Positions 10,021 to 19,947 of a stretch of DNA of 64,000 nt are shown here, in pieces. The notes beneath the pieces are model-generated. The model searched no databases and was not told where the DNA came from. It saw only the letters and a program-made list of their open reading frames with translations. The stretch is from Tagaea sp. (GTDB lineage Bacteria > Pseudomonadota > Alphaproteobacteria > CACIAM-22H2): positions 15,725-79,724 of the forward strand of contig JBGAKN010000005.1 in assembly GCA_044224405.1 (NCBI GenBank). Direction: 5' to 3'. Every line of letters starts with the position of its first letter. Positions within the stretch are counted from its first letter, which is position 1. Made by a program: the position numbers and the translations under genes.

Positions 10021-11010
10021 TCAGCCGACGTTCCGGCGCGTCCGATACCAGCGCCACGCGGTACCGATAATCGTATCGATGTCGGAGTGCTTCGGGACGA
10101 ACCCAAGTTCGGCGCGCGCACGCGACGCGTCGGCGACGAGCGCCGGCGGATCGCCGGGCCGACGTGGCCCGATCCGGGTGGGAACCGCACGGCCCGTCAC
10201 ACGCCGGACCGCGTTGACAATCTGGTGGACCGAAAGCCCCGTGCCCGTGCCCAGATTGAAGGCACCGGATTCGCCGCCGCGCTCCAGCCGGCGCAACGAG
10301 GCAACATGCGCATCCGCGAGATCCGCGACATGGATATAGTCGCGCACGCAGGTTCCGTCGGGCGTAGGCCAGTCCTCGCCGAACATGTCGAGATGCTCGA
10401 TCTCGCCGGCGGCGGCCATCAGCGCGCGCGGAATGAGGTGCGGCTCGGGATCATGCAGTTCACCCGTCTCGCCGCCGGGATCGGCGCCGCAGGCGTTGAA
10501 ATAGCGCAGCGCCGTCCAGTCGAGCCCGTAAGCACGTCCGGCATCGGCGAGGATCCGTTCCACCATCAGCTTGGATTCGCCGTAGGCGTTGACAGGCGAA
10601 ACGGGCGTTGTTTCCGGAATCGGCGGCTTCATGACGTTGCCGTAGACAGCGCAAGTACTGGAGAATACCAGCCGCTTCACGTCCGCGGCCCGCATCGCCT
10701 CCAGCAGCGTCAGCGTGCCGGCAACATTGTTACGGTAATAGAGATAGGGGTCCGCAACCGATTCCGGCACGAAGGCGAACGCCGCGAAATGCACGACGGC
10801 GACCGGCCGGTGGGCGGCGAACACCGCGTCGAGCGCACGCCTGTCACCCAGATCGCCCTTGACGAGCGGCCCCCACTTTACAAGTTCGGCATGGCCGCGC
10901 GACAGGTTGTCAAAGACGACTGGCCGCAGGCCGACGCCCGCAAGCGCCTTGCAGGCGTGACTTCCGACATAGCCGGCACCACCGGTGACGATGACGTTGG
11001 GTTCACCCAT
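10021..11010 (-). CDS. galE: UDP-glucose/UDP-GlcNAc 4-epimerase
   Basis: Full-length SDR epimerase with NAD motif TGGAGYVGSH, catalytic YGESK, and the GalE-typical PTPDGTCVRDYIHVxDLAxAH segment. Confidence 0.8.
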   Translation of the reverse strand: MGEPNVIVTGGAGYVGSHACKALAGVGLRPVVFDNLSRGHAELVKWGPLVKGDLGDRRALDAVFAAHRPVAVVHFAAFAFVPESVADPYLYYRNNVAGTLTLLEAMRAADVKRLVFSSTCAVYGNVMKPPIPETTPVSPVNAYGESKLMVERILADAGRAYGLDWTALRYFNACGADPGGETGELHDPEPHLIPRALMAAAGEIEHLDMFGEDWPTPDGTCVRDYIHVADLADAHVASLRRLERGGESGAFNLGTGTGLSVHQIVNAVRRVTGRAVPTRIGPRRPGDPPALVADASRARAELGFVPKHSDIDTIIGTAWRWYRTRRNVG

Positions 11011-11052
11011 GGATTTTCTATAGTCCCGTGGATTTGCGGATTTTGATGCCGG

Positions 11053-12909
11053 TCATTTCGATCCAGCCGGAGCCTGGTCGAGCCCTTGGACCAGTGCCAT
11101 CTGCTGGTAGGTGGGCGATGCACGCAGGAGCTCTTCGTGCGTCCCGTGCGCGATAAGCTCGCCTTGCTCGATGTGCCAGATCTCGTCGCTGGAAAGTATG
11201 GTCGACAGGCGATGGGCGATCACGATCAGCGTCACCTTGCCGCGCAGCCGCGAGATCGACCGCACGACCTCCTGCTCGCTCAGGCTGTCGAGCGCGCTCG
11301 TCGCCTCGTCGAGCACGAGAATATCGACGTCGCGGTAGAGCGCCCGCGCGATCGCGACGCGCTGGCGCTGTCCGCCGGAAAGCAGGATGCCGCGCTCGCC
11401 AAGGTCTGTTGCAAGCCCGTCGGGGAGGTCGGCAACGAGTTCGTCGAGCATCGCGGCACTGACGACCGCCTCCAGTCGCGAAAGATCGACGTCCTTGCCC
11501 GCCGTTCCGAGCGTGATGTTGTCGGCAAGCGATGCCGCCAGCAGGAACGGCGACTGCGACACGTATCCCACGCGCCCAGGCCAGTCCTTCCGGTTGTTGT
11601 CGGACAGCAATTCACCGTCGACTCTGACTTCGCCGATGGTAGGCGCGAGCAAGCCCGAAAGGATATCCACGAGGGTCGTCTTGCCCGAACCAGACGTTCC
11701 AACGATTCCGTAGGCGCGTCCACGCACAATCGATGCCGAGAGTTCGGCCAGCGAAGGCCGGTCCTTCGACGGATACGTATAGGAAACGCGGTCGATCTCG
11801 ATCTTCTGCCAGTTACGGAACCGTTCCTGGTCGATGAGATCCGCATGGACGCTCCGGGTCTGGTCCAGCATGACCTTCATCTCGTCGACCAGCGGTGCGA
11901 CATCCATCACGCCGGTGATGGACGACACGATGGAGGCGGCGATCGGAAGCAGCCGGATCGCGGCGAGCACATAGAGCGCCAGCAGCGCCGCGACATCGCC
12001 GCGCGACTGGTCGGAGAAGATGGCGATCAGCGCCACCGCGATCATCGTCAGGTATGCGATGACCTCGAAGCCGATGCGGGGCGCGTTGCGCCACAGCAGC
12101 GAGCGCCAGTCCGCCTGCGCATACTGCTCGAAATGGCGGGTGAAGAGCGCGAGGAACTGCGGCCCGGCCGCCGCCATCCGGACATCCTTGGCGCCGCTTA
12201 GCGCCTCGGCACAGACGAGCGTCGAGCTGCGCGAGGCCTGCTGCTTCAACTGGGTAAGGCGCGCTTGCACCGGCTGTGACGCGCGAAGGAACATCGCCGC
12301 AAGTCCGCCAGCGACGATCGCGGCGGCAAGGCCGCCGATCGGGCTCGCCACGATGAGGGTGCCGACGGCCAACAGCGCGAAGACGACATCGCTGGCAAGC
12401 TGGAGGCTGCCGCGGATGACGCGGCGCGACCACTGGACGGTGTTGTGGAGGACAATGTCGCGCAGGACGACGCTGTTGGTCGAAAGCGTCCACGCATAGG
12501 GCGCCTCGAGGAAGCGGCGGAACAGGTCGGCCGCCAGGCGGCGTTCGCAGCCGGCCGCAAAGCGTCCCATCACGTCGACGTGATACCAGGAAACCGTGCT
12601 TTTCAGCAGGACAACGCCGACAACGCCGGCGCAAAAAAGCGCAAAGACCTCCTTGGGCGTCGCAAGCCCGAGGAAATCTGCGACGACACGCACCGATTTC
12701 ATCGTGGTCAGCGCTTCGGGCTCGAGAATGAAGCGCACCAGCGGCAGGATCATCACCATGGCGACGGTCTGGATGATGGCGTTCGCCAGAGTCACGAGCA
12801 CGAGCAGCGGCGCAGTGTGTCTCTCCGCCTTGTTCATCAGGCGGATCGAATCGACAAGCAGGTCGTAGAAGCGCGGCGAGACGCTCGTGGAATTGGCCGG
12901 TTTGGTCAA
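11053..12909 (-). CDS. ABC exporter, fused permease/ATP-binding (MsbA/PglK-like)
   Basis: N-terminal six-helix TMD plus C-terminal NBD with Walker A GTSGSGKTT, signature LSGGQRQR and Walker B ILVLDEATSALD. Confidence 0.8.
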   Translation of the reverse strand: MTKPANSTSVSPRFYDLLVDSIRLMNKAERHTAPLLVLVTLANAIIQTVAMVMILPLVRFILEPEALTTMKSVRVVADFLGLATPKEVFALFCAGVVGVVLLKSTVSWYHVDVMGRFAAGCERRLAADLFRRFLEAPYAWTLSTNSVVLRDIVLHNTVQWSRRVIRGSLQLASDVVFALLAVGTLIVASPIGGLAAAIVAGGLAAMFLRASQPVQARLTQLKQQASRSSTLVCAEALSGAKDVRMAAAGPQFLALFTRHFEQYAQADWRSLLWRNAPRIGFEVIAYLTMIAVALIAIFSDQSRGDVAALLALYVLAAIRLLPIAASIVSSITGVMDVAPLVDEMKVMLDQTRSVHADLIDQERFRNWQKIEIDRVSYTYPSKDRPSLAELSASIVRGRAYGIVGTSGSGKTTLVDILSGLLAPTIGEVRVDGELLSDNNRKDWPGRVGYVSQSPFLLAASLADNITLGTAGKDVDLSRLEAVVSAAMLDELVADLPDGLATDLGERGILLSGGQRQRVAIARALYRDVDILVLDEATSALDSLSEQEVVRSISRLRGKVTLIVIAHRLSTILSSDEIWHIEQGELIAHGTHEELLRASPTYQQMALVQGLDQAPAGSK

Positions 12910-12921
12910 TACGGAAGTTCC

Positions 12922-13674
12922 TTAACTGGCGGCGAGGTCGCGCAGGGCGAGACACGCACGCGTCATGTCGGCGTGAGCAAGGCAGAAGTCAACGATCTTC
13001 CGGGCCCCGAAGGCGGAGTCGGCCGGATGGAGCGTTTCGTAGGCAAGGCGGATGAGATCGTAATCCGCCCGATAGTCGAGACTGATCCACACCCGGCGAC
13101 TCAGCTCGTCAGGGAAGAATTCGACGAAGGTCGGATTGTAGAGGCCGGCATTCGCGGGCGCATAGAACGGCCGCGACACGTGTTCGCGGTCCTCCGGATC
13201 GTTCGTTGTCTGTGCGATCCGATGAAGGGCGCCGGCATCGAACACCTGCACGTCGAGACCGTGCGGCGCGCCAAGGCGCGGGCCCGTCGTATTGGCGACG
13301 TAGCGCGTACCGTCCGCCCGCTGCCGGTAGGTGCCGATGCAGCTGGAAACTATTGCAGGATCCACGAGCGGACAATCGCCCGTGATCTCGACGCAGATGC
13401 CGGCATTCGCGGCGACAAGTGCGCCACTGACCCGCCCAAGGACATCTTCTTCCGAGCCTCGGAATGCCGAGACGCCGCTCGCCGCGGCGAGTGCGGCAAC
13501 GGGATCGTCGGTGGCATTCGTCGTCGTCGCGACGACGATCTCGTCGAGTTCCGGAACCAACTTTAACCGGTCGATCAGGATCGCGAGCATCGGCTTGCCG
13601 CCGGCCGGCATCAACACCTTGCCGGGCAGGCGCGAGCTCGTCATGCGCGCTTCAATGGTCGCTACGGTCTTCAT
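12922..13674 (-). CDS. cytidylyltransferase, CTP_transf_3 family (SpsF/PseF-like)
   Basis: N-terminus IEARMTSSRLPGKVL is typical of the acylneuraminate cytidylyltransferase-like family. Confidence 0.6.
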   Translation of the reverse strand: MKTVATIEARMTSSRLPGKVLMPAGGKPMLAILIDRLKLVPELDEIVVATTTNATDDPVAALAAASGVSAFRGSEEDVLGRVSGALVAANAGICVEITGDCPLVDPAIVSSCIGTYRQRADGTRYVANTTGPRLGAPHGLDVQVFDAGALHRIAQTTNDPEDREHVSRPFYAPANAGLYNPTFVEFFPDELSRRVWISLDYRADYDLIRLAYETLHPADSAFGARKIVDFCLAHADMTRACLALRDLAAS

Positions 13675-14678
13675 CGCCCGGCTTCGCCGGCAATCCGGTC
13701 CGCGATCTGCGAATAAAGGTCATACGAAGCCAACATTTTACTGCCTTCGGCACGCAAGGGCGCATTCTCCAGCAGGTGATCGGCGACATTCGACCAGAGG
13801 CGCGCCATCAGGGATGGCGGATCGTCGCGCCATTCGAGGGTCGGTCGAAGTTCCGGCGCATAGCCCGGTACCGGAGCGGCATTGGCTTGCAACAGCTTGA
13901 GGCGGACGCCCAATCGGTCATCGATGACGATCCGCGCGCGCTCGAACCGCATATCGACATCGAATACGGTCTGTTCGGATGGATCGACCGCAGCATAGAG
14001 AAGCGTCGCCGGGCCGGATCGACCGGTGATTTCCGCGACAAAGGAGGCCGTCGGATCGGCCGCGCCGCCGAAAGACGACGGGCGCACGAGATGCACCGGG
14101 CCGCATTGCAGCCGACCCAGCATCGCGGTCAGCAGGTCGATTGCATGGATGCCATTATGCAGAAGACCGCCGCTGCAATGGACAACGCAGGTCACCGGGC
14201 GGCCGAATTCGCCGCGGGCTACGCGGGCTGCAAGCGGGTCGATCCCGGGAATCTGCCGACGCAGATGGTTGATCACGACCGCGGCACCTCCCGCCTGAAG
14301 GGCGGCGACCGCTTCCGCGCGGCCGCGGGCGACCGTTCCTGCCGGCTTTTCGCAGACGACGGCACGCCATTTCCCCGCACGGGCATCCGCGAGGAACCCG
14401 GCGTGCGTCGGATCCGGGGTGGCGATGCACAATGCATCGCCACCCCGCGCAACGATCGATTCGGGCTGTACTATTTCAGCATCGAGATTCCAGCGTTCGC
14501 GCACCTGGCGGGCGCGCACGGGATCGGAATCGCTGATCCGCTCGATCCGCCACCTCGGATCGGCAAGACAAGCCTTAATATGCGTCGAGATCGCCGCGCC
14601 GGCAGGCGAATCGAAACCTTCCGCGATCCGTCCAAGACCGACGATCGAGACGCCGAGGCTATGGGCGCGGGGCGGCAT
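13671..14678 (-). CDS. Gfo/Idh/MocA-family NAD(P)-dependent oxidoreductase
   Basis: N-terminal Rossmann fold (VSIVGLGRIA) and a conserved EKP motif (VVCEKPAG). Confidence 0.6.
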   Translation of the reverse strand: MPPRAHSLGVSIVGLGRIAEGFDSPAGAAISTHIKACLADPRWRIERISDSDPVRARQVRERWNLDAEIVQPESIVARGGDALCIATPDPTHAGFLADARAGKWRAVVCEKPAGTVARGRAEAVAALQAGGAAVVINHLRRQIPGIDPLAARVARGEFGRPVTCVVHCSGGLLHNGIHAIDLLTAMLGRLQCGPVHLVRPSSFGGAADPTASFVAEITGRSGPATLLYAAVDPSEQTVFDVDMRFERARIVIDDRLGVRLKLLQANAAPVPGYAPELRPTLEWRDDPPSLMARLWSNVADHLLENAPLRAEGSKMLASYDLYSQIADRIAGEAGR

Positions 14679-14680
14679 GC

Positions 14681-15958
14681 CTAGTCGAGCGCCGAAAGCT
14701 CGCGACGTGCGTCGTAGACCTTCGCGAACGCCCGTTTCACGCCGTCGAGTTCAGGCCGGTCCAACTGGTACGAGCAGACATGAACCTCGAGAACCTCGTG
14801 CTCGTACATCTGCTCGGCGACCGGGCACAGCGCGCCCTCGTAGTTCCGGTTGCTCAGGCTGAACGGCCAACCCTCGCGGCCAATGCCGATGCGCCGGCGG
14901 AAGGCCGGCAGCCGGTAGAGCGGCGCCACATATCCCAGCGAGATCGGCACGCCTTCGGCTTCGAGCGCACGCGCGAACGCGGCCCGGCTGACGCCGAGCT
15001 TTGCCGCATCGATCCGCGCCGTCCAGACATAATAGACGTGCCGGCAGCCTGCCCGCACCGCGGGTGCCGTGATCCCGTCCATGCCCGCGACCATATCCGT
15101 GATCTCGTTGGCGATCGACTCGCGCACCGCGACGAGATTCGGCGCCTTCTTGAGCTGCTCGATGCCGATCGCGGCACCGAGTTCGGTAAGACGGAAATTG
15201 AAACCGACCAGATTCGAGATGTCGTCGATGGCGAGCGGCTCGACAATGTTCTCGCCGTGATTCCGGATCGCCCGCAGACGCAACGCGAGACGGTCGTCGT
15301 CCGTCACGCACACGCCGCCTTCGCCCGTGTGGATGTGCTTGTGATAGTTGAGGCTGAAGACGCCGATATGGCCGATCGTTCCCGACATCCGGCCATTCTC
15401 GTGCGCGAGCGGCGACTGGGCGGCATCCTCGACCAACGCCACGCCACGGCTGTCGGCCAGCGCCCGCAGGCGGGCGAGTTCGGCGGGGTGCCCGAAGATA
15501 TTGACCGCCAGGATCGCCCGCGTGCGCGAACCGATCGCCGCGGCGACCTTCTTGACATCCAGGCAGAACGTCGACGGCTCGATGTCGACGAAGACAGGGA
15601 TACCGCCGTAGATCAGCGGCGCCATGACAGTGGCCGACATGGTGTACGGCGGAACGATAACCTCGTCGCCTGGCCCCACGCCGACGGCACCCATTGCCGC
15701 GATCAGGCCCGACGTGTTCGAGTTGACCGCGATCGCGTGACGCGAACCGAACGCGCCGGCCCACGCGCGCTCGAACTCCTGCACCACCGGGCCGCCGTCG
15801 AACTGCGGGCACCATGCGCCGACATAACCCGACAGGTTCCCGGTGCGCATGACTTCAGCCACCGCCACCTGCTCCTCGATGCCGATCGAGCGGTAGGGGA
15901 CGAGCGGAGCGGAAATCTCGGGCCGCCCGCCGAATATCGCGAGTTTTGAAGTCGACAT
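14681..15958 (-). CDS. DegT/DnrJ/EryC1/StrS-family PLP-dependent sugar aminotransferase
   Basis: Family-wide similarity. The PLP-lysine region is SLNYHKHIHTGEGG. Confidence 0.7.
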   Translation of the reverse strand: MSTSKLAIFGGRPEISAPLVPYRSIGIEEQVAVAEVMRTGNLSGYVGAWCPQFDGGPVVQEFERAWAGAFGSRHAIAVNSNTSGLIAAMGAVGVGPGDEVIVPPYTMSATVMAPLIYGGIPVFVDIEPSTFCLDVKKVAAAIGSRTRAILAVNIFGHPAELARLRALADSRGVALVEDAAQSPLAHENGRMSGTIGHIGVFSLNYHKHIHTGEGGVCVTDDDRLALRLRAIRNHGENIVEPLAIDDISNLVGFNFRLTELGAAIGIEQLKKAPNLVAVRESIANEITDMVAGMDGITAPAVRAGCRHVYYVWTARIDAAKLGVSRAAFARALEAEGVPISLGYVAPLYRLPAFRRRIGIGREGWPFSLSNRNYEGALCPVAEQMYEHEVLEVHVCSYQLDRPELDGVKRAFAKVYDARRELSALD

Positions 15959-15967
15959 CTAGCGTAC

Positions 15968-16609
15968 CTATCCTGCCCGCTTTTCGAAAAGCCACCAGGT
16001 GAGATTGTCGAGACCGGTCAGCGGCTTCCAGAAGAAGCCGTAGTCGACGATCTGCAGGTCGGGGAAGTTCTCGAGATAGAACGAGCCGAAATCCCGCTTG
16101 AACAGGAAGCCCTTCTCGCCGCGATAGATGATGTCTTCGGGGTTCGGCGAGAAATATTCGGCACAGGCGATATAGCGTCGGGAGACGCGGTGTATCTGCC
16201 GGCACGCGGCCAGCAGGTTCGCCGGCGCGATATGGATCAGCACACCGCTCGTGAACGCCATGTCGAAGGCGCCGTCCGGCGCCTTGATGTCCTCGGCGGA
16301 GCCCATCACGATCCGGTCCTGCGGGACGATCCCGTCGGCGACGAGGCGTGCGCGCGCCTTCTCGAATGGTTCAAGCGCCGAAAGCTTCGCGCGCGTCAAG
16401 CAGCCGAGCGCACGAAGGTTGTTGCCAACATTTGCACCGACTTCAAGGAAGCTTTCCGGCGGCCGGTGCGCAAGCGGCGACAGCATGCGCGCCCACATCG
16501 CCGTCCGCGACTGGAGCAATTCGGCCGACGGCGCGTTGCGGTCGACATAACCGTCCCCAAAGCTGCCCTTCCAGAATCTGAGTTGATCGGTTTCCATGCT
16601 CTCCGCCAT
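15968..16609 (-). CDS. class I SAM-dependent methyltransferase (pseudaminic-acid-biosynthesis-associated methylase-like)
   Basis: Motif LEVGANVGNNL is present. It sits inside the nonulosonate gene block. Start taken at MAESMETDQ. Confidence 0.45.
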   Translation of the reverse strand: MAESMETDQLRFWKGSFGDGYVDRNAPSAELLQSRTAMWARMLSPLAHRPPESFLEVGANVGNNLRALGCLTRAKLSALEPFEKARARLVADGIVPQDRIVMGSAEDIKAPDGAFDMAFTSGVLIHIAPANLLAACRQIHRVSRRYIACAEYFSPNPEDIIYRGEKGFLFKRDFGSFYLENFPDLQIVDYGFFWKPLTGLDNLTWWLFEKRAG

Positions 16610-16613
16610 TTTT

Positions 16614-17369
16614 CTAGCCGTTGGTCCTGCCAATACGCTTCGTGTCCCGGTGCGCCGCGTTGATCTGCGCGATCTCCGGTCTCGATTCGAGAATGCGGCA
16701 GATATTCCGCCAGTCGTCGCCGCTACCGTCTGCGGGAAGGATCGCGAACAGCGCCCTGAAAAACTCCAGGTCCGCCGGATAGTCCAGCGTCCATCTGTGC
16801 TCGACCCGGACGCCACCTGGCCCCTTCAGCGCCGCACGCCGGATGCCGGGTTCGCGCCGCAACCACGGGGTAACATGCTCCCGGTCTTCGGATGCCGTCG
16901 CGTGCCGCGCCGCCTGTTCCAGCGCGTCGCGGGTCATCGCTTCGCAGTCCAGTCCGTGCGGGAATCCCGGCGGCATGTTGTTCGCCGCGTAGTCGGCCGA
17001 TTCGGCGCGACGCAAGGCCAGTACCTCGCCGCAGAGCTGCGGATCGATAAGTGGGCAGTCGGACGTCACGCGCAGGACCTCCTCCGCATCGAAGGCCGCG
17101 GCTGCAAGCCGGTAACGCTCGAGCACGTCGGCGGTCGGCCCGCGCACGACGGTGGCACCGGCGCGCGCGGCTTCCGCAGCGACTGGATCGTCGGCCGGCG
17201 CATCGGCGACAGCACAGCAGACGGCCGTTGCGCTCGGTATCCGCGCACAGCGTGCCAGCACTTCGGCAAGAACCGTGCGTGCGCCGAGACGCTCGAGCAC
17301 CTTGCCCGGCAACCGCGTCGATCCGAAGCGCGCCTGCACGACGATCAGCGTTCTCGGGGCCGCACTCAT
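16614..17369 (-). CDS. cytidylyltransferase, CTP_transf_3 family (second SpsF/PseF-like copy)
   Basis: Motif QARFGSTRLPGKVL is present. It is a paralog of 12922-13674. Confidence 0.6.
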   Translation of the reverse strand: MSAAPRTLIVVQARFGSTRLPGKVLERLGARTVLAEVLARCARIPSATAVCCAVADAPADDPVAAEAARAGATVVRGPTADVLERYRLAAAAFDAEEVLRVTSDCPLIDPQLCGEVLALRRAESADYAANNMPPGFPHGLDCEAMTRDALEQAARHATASEDREHVTPWLRREPGIRRAALKGPGGVRVEHRWTLDYPADLEFFRALFAILPADGSGDDWRNICRILESRPEIAQINAAHRDTKRIGRTNG

Positions 17370-18124
17370 GTCCGCCGAACCGGAAGGCCGGCTTCGCGCA
17401 GAGCCTCGCGAACCTCGCGTGGCGTCGTTTCGGTAAACTGGAATATCGCGCCCGCCGCGACGCTCGATGCCCCGCCGTCGCGCACGGCGGCGACGAAATC
17501 GGCCGCACAGCTTGCCCCGCCTGACGCAATCACTGGGATCCGGACCGCGCGCGCCACCTGGCCGATCAGCTCGGTGTCGTAACCGCACATTGCCCCGTCG
17601 CGTTCGACGGATGTGAGCAGGATTTCGCCGGCGCCGCGCGCCTCAGCCTCACGGGCCCACGCAACAGGATCGCGTCCGGTCGGGCGCGTCGCCGAATGGG
17701 AATGGACCTCGTAGCCCGACGGTGTGCGACGCACGTCGATCGCCACGACGATGCACTGGACGCCGAAGCGCAGCGCCCCCTCCTCGATAAGCGACGGCTG
17801 GGCAAGTGCGGCGGTATTGATGCTGACCTTGTCGGCGCCGACCATCAGCAGTTTCTCGATGTCGCCAACGTCGCGCACGCCGCCGCCCACGGTCAGCGGC
17901 ATGCTGCAATCGTCGGCCAGTTCGTCGATCAGGCCGAAATCCGGCGCGCGGCCGTCGCGGGTGGCGGCGATGTCGAGGAAAAGCAGTTCGTCGACATCGC
18001 GCAGGTTGAAGACGCGGACCGCCTGGGCGGCCGTGCCGATCCGACGGTCGGCGGCGAAGCCGACGCCTTTGACGAGACCGACATCGCGATGAAGCAGCGT
18101 CGGGATGATGCGGATCTTCAGCAT
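17366..18124 (-). CDS. imidazole glycerol phosphate synthase cyclase-subunit paralog (HisF/WbuZ-like)
   Basis: Start MLKIRIIPTLL.. and (beta/alpha)8 HisF motifs are present. It is embedded in the glycan locus next to HisH and amidotransferase paralogs. Confidence 0.75.
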   Translation of the reverse strand: MLKIRIIPTLLHRDVGLVKGVGFAADRRIGTAAQAVRVFNLRDVDELLFLDIAATRDGRAPDFGLIDELADDCSMPLTVGGGVRDVGDIEKLLMVGADKVSINTAALAQPSLIEEGALRFGVQCIVVAIDVRRTPSGYEVHSHSATRPTGRDPVAWAREAEARGAGEILLTSVERDGAMCGYDTELIGQVARAVRIPVIASGGASCAADFVAAVRDGGASSVAAGAIFQFTETTPREVREALREAGLPVRRT

Positions 18125-18747
18125 CAGGACTGCCCGATCGCCAGGAAATTGCGCAGCACGCGCTGGCCCGGCTTCTGGCTCTTTTCGGGATGGAATTGGG
18201 TCCCGTAGATGTTTTCCCTGCGGACCGACGAGACGATCCCGCCGCAAGCCGGCGTCCTTGCCGCGACATTCCCGGCCGGACAGGCAAAATGATAGGAGTG
18301 CACGAAATAAAAATCGGTACCCGGCTCGATTCCTTCAAACAGCGGCGAACCGGGGAGCGCAACGACCGCGTTCCAACCCACATGCGGGACGCGCTCGTCC
18401 GGCGAGCCCGGCTCCAGTTTGCGCACCTCACCCGGCACGAGTCCGAGGCCTGCGACCGCTTCATGCTCGTGGCCGATCTCGGCAAGAAGCTGCATCCCCA
18501 GACAGATCCCGAGCATCGGCACATGTCGGCGTGCGAGTTCCCCACGCAGTTCGTCCGCCAGTCCGCTTTCGACGAGATTGCGCATGGCCGCCGGAAAGGC
18601 GCCGACGCCGGGCAGGACAATGTGGCTTGCCGCCGACAGCCGGCCGGCCGTGCGCACGAGATCGACCGTCGCGCCCTGCTTGACGATCGCGCGCGCGATC
18701 GAATCGATATTGCACAGGCGGTAGTCGATGATGGCGACTTCAGGCAT
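18124..18747 (-). CDS. glutamine amidotransferase HisH paralog (WbuY-like)
   Basis: Class I GATase catalytic Cys region GICLGMQLL and a C-terminal HPEKS segment. Start MPEVAIIDY. Confidence 0.75.
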   Translation of the reverse strand: MPEVAIIDYRLCNIDSIARAIVKQGATVDLVRTAGRLSAASHIVLPGVGAFPAAMRNLVESGLADELRGELARRHVPMLGICLGMQLLAEIGHEHEAVAGLGLVPGEVRKLEPGSPDERVPHVGWNAVVALPGSPLFEGIEPGTDFYFVHSYHFACPAGNVAARTPACGGIVSSVRRENIYGTQFHPEKSQKPGQRVLRNFLAIGQS

Positions 18748-18764
18748 CGGTATGGGCCACTGCC

Positions 18765-19910
18765 TCAGGTTACCGGCGCGACCCGGATCGGCCTGCCGGT
18801 CGCGTCCTTCAGCAGCTTGCCGGCGGCATCCGACTTGAAGATCTTCTTGTTCGTGAAGCGATCGCAGATCGCGACGAACTCGTCGGTGGTCATTCCGATC
18901 TCGGCGAGGATCTCGGCGAGCGGCCGGCCGAGATAGGTGGCAGGGAACGCACCGTCGTGCCGCCGGACGATCTCGAGACCGTCGCGCCGCGTCAGGCGGC
19001 CCCGCCGGACATGGTTGTTGACGATGTCGGTGGCGCGGCCGAACCCGAATTTCAGGTATTTGAAATAGTCGTGGATGCCGGTCTGGTAGTTGTCGAGATT
19101 CTCGTAATTGACGCTTGCGCCCTCGACGGTCTGCGGGAACGTCTCGAAACCGAACGCCTGGGAGATGAGCGCGTTCTGGTAGCCGTCCCACGGGAAATAG
19201 TAGCCGAGGAAGAGGCCCGTGACGCCCACGCGCTTGAGTTCGGCATCGGACGGATACTGGTATTGGATGAGGTATTTGGAATCGATCTGCGCCTCTGCTG
19301 CCAGATCGGCGACGCGCAGGCCGAGAAGCCCGCCGAACTCCTCGAGCCAGCGTCGGTCGAGCGTGCTGCTTTCCTGGTTGGTTGCAGGGCCGCCATACTC
19401 GTTCTGCGGGTTCTCGCCCCAGACGATGAGCCGGATTCCCATCTGCACGGCCACGCGCACGGGGATCGTGAAGATCGTCACGTGTTCAGGCCACGAGATG
19501 TCGCCGACCTCGCGCAAGGCAAGGCGGTTGAGCTGGCGGCGGATCACCGGGTTGACCGTGACCTCGACATAGTCGACGCCAAGCCGCTTGATGTTCTCGA
19601 TGTTCCGCCGGCCGAGATCCGACAGCGAGTCCGTCGTCGCCGTGACGCAGAGCGGGTTCAGACCCTGCTGGAGGAGACGGATCACCTGGTAGGTGCTGTC
19701 CTTGCCGCCGGAAACCGGAACGATGCAGTCGTAGTTGGAACGGTCGGCGCTACGGTGGCGATCAAAAATCTTGGTGAATTCTTCCTGCCGCCGGTCCCAG
19801 TCGATCTCCGTGCGACGCGAGAACGCAGCGCAGGCCGCGCACACGCCGTTCGAATCGAATGTCAGATCCGGCTTGGAGTCGGGATAGAGGCAGGATTTGC
19901 AGTGACGCAT
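18765..19910 (-). CDS. N-acetyl sugar amidotransferase (PP-loop ATP pyrophosphatase; WbuX/PseA-like)
   Basis: N-terminal Cys cluster (CKSCLYPD...CAACAAF) and PP-loop SGGKDS. Start taken at MRHCKSC. Confidence 0.7.
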   Translation of the reverse strand: MRHCKSCLYPDSKPDLTFDSNGVCAACAAFSRRTEIDWDRRQEEFTKIFDRHRSADRSNYDCIVPVSGGKDSTYQVIRLLQQGLNPLCVTATTDSLSDLGRRNIENIKRLGVDYVEVTVNPVIRRQLNRLALREVGDISWPEHVTIFTIPVRVAVQMGIRLIVWGENPQNEYGGPATNQESSTLDRRWLEEFGGLLGLRVADLAAEAQIDSKYLIQYQYPSDAELKRVGVTGLFLGYYFPWDGYQNALISQAFGFETFPQTVEGASVNYENLDNYQTGIHDYFKYLKFGFGRATDIVNNHVRRGRLTRRDGLEIVRRHDGAFPATYLGRPLAEILAEIGMTTDEFVAICDRFTNKKIFKSDAAGKLLKDATGRPIRVAPVT

Positions 19911-19947
19911 CGCGAAGACCCCGTGAGGTGTTGGACGTTGTCGGCCG

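Noticed and set aside
17366-18747. hisH/hisF as histidine-biosynthesis genes
   Set aside because: They are translationally coupled to a PP-loop N-acetyl-sugar amidotransferase inside a glycan locus, with no hisA/hisB/hisI nearby. The WbuXYZ/PseA-type acetamidino function is far more likely.
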